Shown one piece after another: positions 1 through 11,111 of a stretch of 64,000 nucleotides of DNA. How positions within the stretch are numbered: position 1 is the stretch's first letter; each line of letters starts with the position of its first letter. Below the pieces are notes generated by a model that worked only from the letters and a program-made list of their open reading frames with translations, did not search any database and was not told where the DNA came from. The stretch spans positions 4,402,001 through 4,466,000 of the forward strand of contig OZ365118.1 in NCBI GenBank assembly GCA_977030845.1, written 5' to 3'. Position numbers and translations under genes: made by a program. Origin of the DNA: Fimbriosthenelais zetlandica. Lineage: Eukaryota.

Positions 1-150
1 AGTTGTCTGAGCTGTCTGAGTTGTCTGAGCTGTTTGAAGCCGACTTATTAAAAAATAAAATCTAAAAAATAAGAAAAGTAAAATACAAGGCCACAGACCT
101 TGGCTCAGACCATGTCTCAGACCTTGTCTCAGACCTTGTCTCAGACCATA
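1..150. repeat. Short degenerate tandem repeats (about 9-bp agttgtctg-type units, then about 5 copies of a 12-bp tcagaccttgtc unit)
   Basis: Seen directly: agttgtctgagctgtctgagttgtctgagctg at 1-32, and cagaccttggctcagaccatgtctcagaccttgtctcagaccttgtctcagaccat at about 94-148. Confidence 0.6.
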
Positions 151-393
151 TGAAAAAATAAATTCCAAATAAAAAAAAATATTGAGAAATAAAATACAAG
201 GCCTTCAGACACTGAAACCGGAAGAACGCTTCCTATATTTAAAATGGAAGACTTTAAAGTGATGGATATAACACCATAGTTTTAATCGATTGATCAGTTT
301 TATTATCCCTAATTAACATGCGTATTAAATACATAGATGCGATATAATCTCTTTAATTTGCATTACTATTTCCAGCAGAAATCGTAAAGTTGT

Positions 394-3300
394 TCACAAT
401 TTCTTGTACTGCATGGCTTCAGGCTGATTCTCCTTCATGAGCATACCGGGTTGATGGACTAAATCCACAATGTACGGCTTGGTAGGGAACCTCGGACCTC
501 CAGTCTGAAAAAGAATCAAAAGAAACTGAAAGATTTATTTTTTTTTATTATCTGACTAAAACAGTACACTTGAGACTTTCTATGTTGGGATGGCTTTTAT
601 TGTCCAACGTTTCAGAGACTGGCTTTATATAATTTAATAATAATTTAATTTCCGTTTTAATATGGAAAATCAATGTGTAGAATACATACCGCTGGGTCCT
701 CATCTGCTAGCATGACAACATTCCAGGCTCGATTATACTGCCCTCTCACCAATGTACAGCAGATAGCAATACGGTCAGCTAATGCCTAGAAACCATAACA
801 GATATAAATATAGTTTATACCTTCCAACATTATAGGAAAGTAATGGCAAGTAGGCTGCCATATGTATGCGACTTATTTATTAATTATATTATAGGGGTGT
901 GGAGTTAGCTCAGTTGGTTAGAGCACCAGCTCATGCTGCAGGGTGATTGACCAATGATCGAAGGGTCAATCCCCCGAACTGTCCAAGGCATTTCCAATGC
1001 CTCCCTCCTCAGGGTGTTGGTGTGTTGTACATCAGTTCTATAGCACATGCACCTAGGAATATCCATTGCGCAGAAGGCAATGTAGATGTGCACGTAGATA
1101 AAGAGCCCCCAGTCGAAAACCATACGTAAAACTTGAAGATATGGCTCTATAAAAATTCTAAATTAAAAAAAAAAGATTATCTTACCTTGAAGAGCAGGGC
1201 TCGGTGGTAGTGGATGCCAGTCCTGATCATACCAATAGGAATAACATTAGATTTGAGATCCAGCTTTAGCTGACTGACAGGTAACTCCCAGGAGAAGTTA
1301 GATACCTGTCCTCTGTCTATAACGCCACCCATCTTCTCAGCCACAAACCTAGAAAAGAACACGAATTTTATTAAATTAAGATAAATTATAATATATAGCC
1401 ATGAATATCAAAATTCCTCTCAATATTACACAGGACCACCATAGATTACGGGTTTGGTATAATACGAAAAAAAAAAAAATTTAGAGCCAAATTAGAGACT
1501 CTAAAATAGCTCCACAACCCCAACCACTTCTATCTTCTTCTGGATCAGACATAGGTCATTTTAGATCAGAATTAATACTTGTAGGACGTACTTGGCCAGA
1601 GCGGTGACTTGATCCCTGGTGGTGGGTAAGGGTTGGATCCGTTCCTGAAGGTCCTCTATGTCCTTCATCAACGCCGGATCACCAGGGGGCGTAAACACCT
1701 GCACTTCCGGTGGCGACTCTTCCTCTTTCGTCACATCCTCTTCTTTCTTCCTATCATCTTCCCTATCCTTGTCACCTCTCCTTCCCTTGCTGGAAAAGAA
1801 AATGTTAAAACAAACTCAATACATTATAAGTATTATGAAGTATTATTCACACTTGTCAAAGTATTCATAAACTTTCTGCATAGATCATCTACATGATGTT
1901 TCCTATTTGCCTTCCAAATTTGACATGGGCAACAAGTGTTGAGTCAGGCAAAATAGTCAATTTAATTGAAGAGCATATAAAAGAAAAATAACCCTGAAAT
2001 ACAATTAATTAACCCTAAATCTATCTACTGAAGCATGCACATTTAATTGACAATTTATACTTTATACACATGTAAAATTTACAGATATATGTGACATGCG
2101 AATACAAGTATGGAGAGTAGAGAACAATCATTTCAGAAGTGTGCTTTGCAGATTTTTACCAGTTTCCTTCTAGTTTAGGTGGATTCTTCCAAATCTAATG
2201 AGTATGTCAATCACAGTCATTACCAATGATAGTGTATCTATTTTCTCGTCTTCTAGAAATGTGTTTCAATTACAGATTTACAAGCGTGAGCCCACTACTT
2301 CACCAGACATTGCTCTACAGGGTAGAACCAGACTAAAGACTGGCCTCCTCTTTATTCATTTTCAAGTGAATCCATATCAAACCTGGATGATTCCCTCTCT
2401 CTATTAATCATGAACAACATAGGAAAATCAGAAAGGAAAATCAAACAGAAATTAATTATTTACATCGAAAATTATTTACATCAAAAATAACAAGATGCCA
2501 TATTTCTTCTTCTTGAGAAGAAAATGGCATATTAATTACATGGTCGAGACTTGTAAGAGAAAGTTCGATTAGATGACTTCATTGATCAGTATACTAGATA
2601 CAGTACTTAGTTTTTCCTTATCCTTTAATATTATTATTTAGACGTTTTACCTTGATTTTGAAAGTCTACTTCTGTAAGATGAAAAATATGAGTATCTCCA
2701 GTGAAAGGCTCTTTTGAGATTTTTCAACCTTTCAACAATTTACTTTATAGATATAGGAACTTAAATTCAAGTGAGAGCATGTTTATCTCATCTTCTTTTA
2801 TGAAGGGTCTTCTTTACAATCATAGATATGCCCATAAGTGCTGTCATAATGCAGTCAAAGACAAGGGCACACTTCTGACTTAGATACTTACTCAGGCGAC
2901 TTTAGTCTGCAGCGTGGCATAATACCAAGAATCATACATTATTATCATCAATGCTTTTATATCAAATTAATTTATATGTGCTGTCAGTAGTTACATGAAA
3001 ATTAGAAACCTTATCTCCAGCATTGATTAGTCATTATCAGCTTTGCTTTGAATTTAGTAAGGTTAGAAAGAACTAATCTATGGAGTATTAGTTGTGTACA
3101 TCTAATAGTTTAACATATGATTCTCACCCTCTTCCCCCAGTCCTAGAACTACGACCTGTAACTGATGATTTGGAGGATTTCTCCAGTTGTTCCATGTCTA
3201 CAGATTGTGGTGCAGGTGTTGGGGATTTACTGGAAATAATGTCATGGCAACCAATGCTCAACTTCAGCAACATAAACAGAACTTTTAACCACAAATCATA

Positions 3301-6300
3301 AACGCAACCTTATAAATGCAACAGCAACGTATAAATGCAATGAGAGAACGTAGAGAAAGTCTTAAAATTTGAATTAATATAATTCTTAGAAGTGTTTTAA
3401 GGTAGAAGTGTTAAGGACATACTCGGGCTTGGCGTTGATGAGTATGATGGGTCGCTTCTGGTTAATATCAGCAGCACAGTACTCCTCCAGAGTTAACACC
3501 TGTGTACCTGGCCGTACTTGGCCAATATCATAAAAGCCGTCCATAATCATATTGTTAGCAGCTGAAAGTACAAAAATTAGATACAGAAATTATTAACGAC
3601 ATATATTATAGATATTTCATATTATGAAATTCATATCCAATGTTTAAAGAAAGATCCATTGCACCTCTGAACGTTAAAAATCCAAGGTACCTTCAAAATG
3701 AATTTTGAGTAGATCATATCAAATCCAACCATCAGTTTTATACTCACTTAAATGACCTTTGAGGGCATATTTAGCTGAGAGGTTATTGTCCAGTAATTTA
3801 GTGGCAGCAATCTCTGTGAATGCATTTCTTTTCGTCTCTGACAACTGCATGGTTTGGAGAACCTCCAAGCCTCTGAAATAGTAACGACCAAATTATTCAG
3901 TCTCATCATCTATGTCTCAAAGACCAAATCTCTGTCTTGTAAACCGCAACGACCAAATCTCTGCACTCGTAACAGCAACGACCAAATTCCACATCTTCGA
4001 CTATTAGTTTTGTCACTTACCCATATCTACACACGTCCTCAGCAGTGGCTTCATCTACAGAGACGACGGCGATCGCCCACGACGCACTGCGACGAACATC
4101 ATCATTCCCAGATTGTAAGAGAATGACGAGGGGTTCGATACCATTGTTCTCCCTGAACTGTTTAAGATAAAAACACAATGATTTATCAATATAATTCATA
4201 TAGGGACTTGGATACGGCACAAATTGCAATAGATTTTATATCAATGGATATTCTAATATTCTGAGAAACTTACAACAGTACGGGATGCATCGTCCACAGC
4301 AAAGGCAGCCACAGCCAAGGCGGCCTTACTCGCGACGTCCGTGTTCCTTTAAATCAAAAATATTAATCAAAATTATCCAAAAAGAATCTTAAAATCGGGC
4401 TCAAGCTGTGGCAGAATATCAATTAAGTTGAAACCAGCTTTAGGAAAAGCCAACTCTTTGGGATCACTTTTGAGTTTTTGGTACTATAAATCAAGGCTTT
4501 AATAAATTATAATACGATTAGAAATTTGGTAAATTTTACTCGGGAAACTATAAGGAAAATGTCTGCTTACTTTGATTTGAGAGGTTCTATAAGGGCAGGC
4601 ACCACCGCAAGTCTCTGAATCTCTGATCGCAAGGCCTCATCGGTTGACATGTTGGTGAGAACACTGGCAGCATTAGCACTGGCTAACTCACAGCTATCAG
4701 CGAGCATCTCAATGAGTGGCTCGATACCTTTCTTATTCATCACCTCACTAGGAACAGATGAAACATAGACCATTAATATAAGCAAGTCACAACATCAGAA
4801 CTGGTCTTATTTCTAAATGTATGTGTGCCACATTAAGGTTTATGGATTAATTGGAGAAAACCCTTTCTTGAGTTTTATGGATAATGTCGACCTTTACGTT
4901 TGACTTCAACGTAAGCAGAATTTTAACTTACTTGCAGTTGTTGCTGTTTGCTTGAGAGAGATTGGCAAGAGCCATTGCAGCTGCTTCACGGACTTCCCCC
5001 ACATCATGCCGCAACATCTTAATCAACGGGTCGATTCCATCTAAAACAAATCATCAACTTAAATTAATAAAATACTCACATTAATGCTTAGAAATATCAA
5101 TATTTCAATATCCCAGTTAGCAGCACTGGGTGGCTTTATATTCACTCACCCCATTGACCTATGACGTCTCTGGATGTGAGGTTTTCAGCCATCACACCCA
5201 GCGCCTGCGCGGCAGCGATCTGGACGTTAAAGTCATCGTGCATGAGCAGCTGAATGAGCATCTTTTCAACCTCCTGCTCGTGTAGGATCTTACGATTCTC
5301 AGCTGAAAAATAAAACCAGAAATTCTCAGATACAAGAGAAAGAGAGAGAGGGAGGGGGGAGGGAAAGGAGTGAAGAGAGATTGGGAGAGCAGATTGAGTT
5401 GCTCTAATAGTTTAAATGCCATTGACTTACCATTGCGAGCTGCTCGGGCTATAGCCTTGGCTGCATGCTGTTTCACTTCTGGTAATGTAGGGATGACCGA
5501 CTCCCCATCACCTTTCCTCTTATCATCTGCAGGCAGGGGAAATGCCATTAGATTTTACAACACAGACAAATTAATATAGTAAGGACATATTCCAATACTA
5601 TAATTCCAAGTAGTCCAACTACGATGAAGTAATCCAGTTAAGAGCATAGTTACATTATTATATTCAAATATTGACTTGTTTCTGTCACGGTATTTCATAT
5701 AATTATTATTCCAAAATATCAATTATTCTATTACTTCTTTTTATATTTCCACAAAGTTATCTTCTCACTATTCAGCTAAATGCAATTGAGTTATGACATG
5801 CAATCCTTTTCAGAAAATCTAGAGAACCATGCATTGTAATTGCTGATGATTGTGTTGGTTTTCAGCAAATAATCATACTCATAATCTTACTCTATACATA
5901 TGCCTATATCTTCTCTGTATACTGACTTACAGTGCAGAGTGTGACTAAGAAATATAGTGATTGCCCTTCAAAAAGTTACATACTTGTAGGTAAATAAATA
6001 TACTGACAGCAAGTGTTAGTGACACGAGTACCTTTTCATGCGTCTATAATTAGTAAAGTGCCCCTCCATTACCATATTTATTGTTCTACATTCTGATATA
6101 AATGACAGACAAAATGAGGCAAATAGGTGAGATAGGTGTATACGACTTCTGTAAGAAAATACCTATACACATTAATATATTGTATGTATTTTACCATCGT
6201 CATCATCCGAGTCTGAGTCACACAAAATTAATAGGAAGGTCAGATTATTGAAACGAGACAATTCATTCAATCAAAATGGGTCCGAGAGTTCTGACGAAGG

Positions 6301-9300
6301 GAAAAAGATGAGAAAGCAGAATTTAAGGCATCCTACTACAAGGGTTGGAGAAAGACATTGAGAGATTGAAATGTTGGAAGGAGGCAGGGATTAAAGGGTT
6401 CGGGGTCAACACTATATGTTATATTTACATCTGGACTAGGACTTCTTAAGCTTACAAGGAGTCCATCCACCTATCCAGAAACATGGAGTACCTTAGGCTT
6501 AGATCCACAAGAACACCAGTTCCATTCTTACCATTAATGAACAAAGGGAGTTAAGGGATTGAGAAGGAACATGCACTGACTAGTACAAATCTGGGCAGAA
6601 AGCTTAATCATTTCCCATTATCAAACTTTATTCAGATCTGGGCTTATGATTGCCACTATCTGCCATACTCCAAAAACAAATATACTTATATACATGGAAA
6701 CTTGAGGCCTTATGCCCAGAGGTTCCAGAGATGGGGGACTAAGATCTAGAAATCATTAAATGACAACTCAATACCTCCTTTGCCTTTGCCTTTAGCAGAA
6801 CCTGATGAGCAGAAATAAACAAGTCAATAATGGTGCTAATTAATAATTATTAGTAGTGCAACCTGCAACCAAAATATACCAAAGATCATACCATGCAAGC
6901 TAAATCTTGGTATTATATATCTGCCAATTCTTTTGGGAATATTAAGCAAATCATACCACAAAACAATGAGCTAGAAAAGGCAGTAGATGAGAGAAAAGGT
7001 AGCTCTCTAAAGAACTAAAATTCTGTAATAAAATGGACATGTTATTACTTATTAAATGGCCATAACAAATCACATTTTTTGGGGGGATAGAATGAGAGGA
7101 ATCCTTATCAAAATCACTCCAAACTCTTAAAAAGTATTAAGTTATTTCTTGGTCCCATGCATTATTTAATGTGCACTGGTTCGTTAATGTGCGAATGTAT
7201 GACATCATGTTCTCACGATTACAAACACCATAGCTCCAACCAATGTTAAAACTTAGCCAGAACACAGTTTTTATCTTAAATTTATGTGTTATATAACTCA
7301 ATGACTGACCATATCCCTTGGTGTTAAAATCCCTTAATACATGTACTTTCTTTTATAAGTAACTGAGCAGAAGGCCTCACTCTCTCACTCTTAACTACTT
7401 ACTCGGCTTAGGTGTGCCTCGCTGACTCTCTGAAATATTGCCTCAATTTTCACTACTTTTCCAACTTATTTTCAAATTAAACTTTTATTTCAGTTCTATC
7501 TCTGGACTTTCCAAATTGAGTTTTGCGTTATAAATGTTGAGTTGAGTGAATATGAACATACCGTCATCCTTGCCCTTCTTGCCGGCCCGGGAGGCAGCAC
7601 CTTTCTTGTCTTTAGCTGCTCCACCTTTCTTATCGTCCTCCTCGGGCGGCTGAGAGTCTGTGATAAACGCTACTAACTTCAGCAATCCACCGTTCTCCTT
7701 GATCATCTGAAAATAAAGTGTTTAAAATATCATAAATTATTCTAACAAAGCAATGTGGCTCACTACCAATTATTAATGGTTAACATGTAAAAAAGTTAAT
7801 AAGTAATACATTTTTTATTATTTTTATAAGTTATAAATTATTATGTTACAAATATTTCATATTTATGTCAGAAACTCTGGGCTTTGATTTCCTTATAATA
7901 CCTGCCTACGTCAACCTATAATAGATCTATTTGACCATGACTATCTGGCTATACATACCTCCATGGTTTCCTTGTCCTCTAGACAGTTAGAGATGACCAT
8001 GACGGCAAACACGTGCATGTCACTCCACTCAGGTGTACCGATAAAATCAATCAGTCGGTTTACTCCCTCCAGCTCCCGCAGTGCCGCCCGATTATCAGCT
8101 GAAACACACAACACATAAACCTCTTAATATTCATAAATATTCTCTTCAAGAAAGTTATAAAATATCAATAAAATCTCCCTAAATATTCACTTCAAGAAAG
8201 TTATAAAATATCAATAAAATCTCCCTAAATATTCACTTCAGGAAAGTTATAAAATATCAATAAAATCTAAATATTCTCTTCAAGAAAATGATAAAATACC
8301 AATAAAATCTCCCTAAATATTCTCTTCAACAAAGTTATAAAATATCAGTAAAATCCCCCAAGACCATTCAGGGGACATCGCCCTCCCAAGTATTCAAGTG
8401 GTTGGCGGGACGGTTATCTAGATTTTTATTTTATATTTTTATATTTTTTGGCATAATTTTATCTTAATTTAACACCACTCACCATCTTCTGTAGCTCGCT
8501 GTAAGGCCACCAGTGCCTGGTGCTGGATGACGGGATAATCCGACCTCAACAAATCCATGATGGGATTAAAACCGTTAAGCTCATTGATGGCTGCCTTGGT
8601 CTGGTAATCCTACAAATCAATTTGATACAAACTTTAAATTATCGCCAGAATATATTTACTTAGTGGATAAATTATTGAACATTCGGTATTAACTCTAGAA
8701 CCACAAAATGAAACCAATGTATAGTCTATGCCGGTGGCGAGAACGAACAGCGGCAAGTACATAGTAGTATAGAAAGGGTGGCCATCGACTCAGGGTTATA
8801 AGATATCTTAACAGATAAAATAGCCAAACCGGCTTGAAGATATCTATAACACATGTACATATAAACCCATGGAGTCTATGTATACGAGAGATATGGTGGA
8901 TTATAAGATATCTATGTTCATCTATAGAACAAACTATCAAGTACATAGTAGTATACAAAGAGTGGCTATAGACTCGGGATTGTAAGATATGCTAATCTCT
9001 GTGATAGTGATAGTACATTTTGGATTGTTTTTTATATCTATATCAGATCTATATTAATTTATTATTACCTGAAGCATTAGAGCTATGGTCTCCACTGCGT
9101 TTTTCTGGACGTCAGGATCAGGAGAGGTGAGGAGTCGGATGAGGGGCTCCAGTCCATCCTGCTCATAAATGGTTACCTTGCTGCTAAAGTCCTGAGCAAG
9201 ACTAGTCAGACACAAGCAGGCAAACTCGTGTACTACCGTGTCTTCTGTAACCAAAAGGAAATTAATTAATTTCCAGAGGAATCTTCGACCACTGAATATG

Positions 9301-10421
9301 AATGAATTATAAGATCTTATAAGAGAGATATAATAAATTAGAGGCACTACTGACCCTCGGGGGAGAGCAAGCTGACCATTGCAGGAATTGTTTCTTCACG
9401 TTTCCTGAGCGCGCGTCGCGTCTCACCTGAAAAAAAAATAAAGATTTCATCAGAAAAAGCACTAGAGAACCCTGTTTGGTACTTTATTCTTTACCAAATA
9501 TTAATAAAAAATCGGGTTAAATAACATATTTACAGGCAGAAAGCCGGGAATGCCAGGAATCTATAGGAAAATAAAGTTCCTACTGAATAAGAAAATATGG
9601 CTCATATATAGTTACAAGTAATACTATAAGTATCTTCTAAGGTGCATAAAATTTCGACAAAGGTTGATAATTATGGTATGGGGGAGGGGGTTGGGTGGGT
9701 GGACGTAGAGAGGTAAGACTAACCATGAGCGGCCATTACGCCCAGACACATGGCTGCGTTGCGTCGTACAATACGGTCCTCATGGTTGATGAGACGTAAC
9801 AAGCCGTCTACAGCTCCAAGATCCAGCAGTAACTTCTTATTCTCATCACCTGGAAAAGAAAAATTCAATTATACATTATGAAAAAAACATGGTATGGAAC
9901 AGGGGGTTCTAGAACTCTTCTAGTATTTAATATCATTTCAAAATATCAATTATTCTATGAAAACTAAAGTTAATATGACATGAAATTCTTTACCGAAAAT
10001 CTAGAGAACCATGCTGACCATTGTGTTATTTTCTCTTTTATTCTTGGTCAATTTCCAGATCAAGATAAGATCAGTATTTTGAGATATGCATCATTTATAT
10101 GGATCAATACCGGTATATATGAAGACCTACATTTATCGACGAACTTGTAGATGGCCTCACAAGCCTTGGCCAGTACATCCTCCTCAGGACTGTTGAGCAT
10201 CAATACAACAGTCGCGGCCTGCTGAGACTCGACCAGCAGTGGATCAAACTGAATATGACAGACAAATAATACAGTTATACAAACAGATAGACTCACGGGT
10301 TGTTCTCTCTCAATATTTCAATATAAAATATTTCACAACTCTTTATATCATTCATCAAAGTTACTCCACTTACCACATCATCTGGTGGAGCCTTCTTATC
10401 TTCTTTCACTTTTTTGCCCAT
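394..10421 (-). CDS. ARMC3: Armadillo repeat-containing protein 3 (ARM repeats plus C-terminal EDR1-like domain), about 876 aa without microexons
   Basis: 21 core exons joined with GT-AG ends and consistent phase: 10374-10421, 10131-10248, 9724-9849, 9355-9426, 9069-9244, 8483-8609, 7959-8098, 7562-7706, 5431-5526, 5150-5302, 4932-5040, 4571-4747, 4274-4346, 4021-4157, 3748-3872, 3423-3561, 3128-3229, 1592-1789, 1186-1348, 690-785, 394-504. The N-terminus MGKKVKEDKKAPPDDVFDPLLVESQQAATVVLMLNSPEEDVLAKACEAIYKF and the C-terminal FVAEKMGG...FSWEL...KSNVIPIG...YHRALLFKALADRI closely match vertebrate ARMC3 as I recall it. Confidence 0.93.
893..1155 (+). mobile_element. tRNA-derived SINE (or tRNA pseudogene head with unrelated body) in an ARMC3 intron, antisense to the host
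   Basis: Pol III A-box TAGCTCAGTTGG (906-917), then TTAGAGCA, then a B-box-like GGGTCAATCCC (963-973). About 170 bp of non-tRNA body follows, ending in an A-rich tail. The cloverleaf does not fold properly. The 3' boundary is approximate. Confidence 0.7.
2160..2906 (-). other. ARMC3: Candidate ARMC3 microexon cluster 2: 2892-2906 (15 nt), 2651-2671 (21 nt), 2540-2549 (10 nt), 2160-2194 (35 nt)
   Basis: Each is flanked by AG and GT (gtaagt, gtaaaa, gtaatt, gtaaaa). Together they keep the phase-2 frame between exons 3128-3229 and 1592-1789 with no stop codon. Confidence 0.55.
6195..7429 (-). other. ARMC3: Candidate ARMC3 microexon cluster 1: 7403-7429 (27 nt), 6775-6801 (27 nt), 6195-6212 (18 nt)
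   Basis: ttcag/gtaagt, atcag/gtattg and ctcag/gtaaaa boundaries. All are multiples of 3, symmetric phase 1 and stop-free, encoding ESQRGTPKP, SSAKGKGKG and DSDDDD. Confidence 0.65.
8134..8359. repeat. Intronic minisatellite, about 5 copies of a 46-bp AT-rich unit
   Basis: Unit taaatattctcttcaagaaagttataaaatatcaataaaatctccc repeated with minor variants. Confidence 0.9.
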
Positions 10422-11111
10422 TCTTGATTTGGATACTGAAAAATAAACAGGAAAATGTTGACATGATAGACAAAATTTAATTATATTGACACATTAGATA
10501 AAAGAAAGAGAAATTCCAACATAGATTCCTTCATATTTTTCACTCCACACGAACAGGGGCAGAAAAGAAAATTTCATAGGAATGACAAGCAATGCAAATC
10601 TGGAACAGGAACTAAACTAAAAAGTGAATTAACCTCACAATCTTATGGAAATGGGAATATAGGATGCTGAATGTCGCAGGGAATGGATTCTTTTCTGAAA
10701 GGGAAAACATTCATGATTTCTGGAAGGGAAAATATTCATGGGTGAAAACAAAATGAAGGGGTATAGTCTATCGGGATTTATGTGTTTATCTGGAGGGGGT
10801 TTTGTGCATTCGTCACTCGGGTGTGGGGGTCACCTCTCTCACCTCCCCCGTGGTCAGAAAGCACGCTCATAGAGCGCTGTGCTTTCTTCATCACAGTCCC
10901 AGCGCGCGTCCCTGTACGTAGATCCATCTTATTAGGGATCGCCAGCCGCGACATTCGAGAAGAAGCCTTCATTGTCAACTGTACTGTGGCTAGTAGAAAG
11001 ACTGATAGACAAAGTGATGGCATTAGCCGCATAATGCGATAAGTGTCTTATAAATAGCTATAATATTGTCACATACATTTCCCTAACAAAATCCAACCGT
11101 TCTGAAATAAA

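Noticed and set aside
906-990. Functional tRNA-Met gene
   Set aside because: The anticodon and acceptor stems do not pair properly, the variable region is expanded, the B-box is mutated and there is no terminator T-run. It is better explained as a SINE head.
5192-5548. ORF-track 118-aa protein, and similar ORFs around other exons
   Set aside because: These are single exons read through into introns and are accounted for by the spliced gene models.
5931-6043. Further ARMC3 microexon candidates of 12 nt (6032-6043) and 14 nt (5931-5944)
   Set aside because: The 12-nt one introduces TGA in the required phase and the 14-nt one shifts the frame with no compensating partner. They are probably chance AG/GT pairs, though poison exons cannot be excluded.
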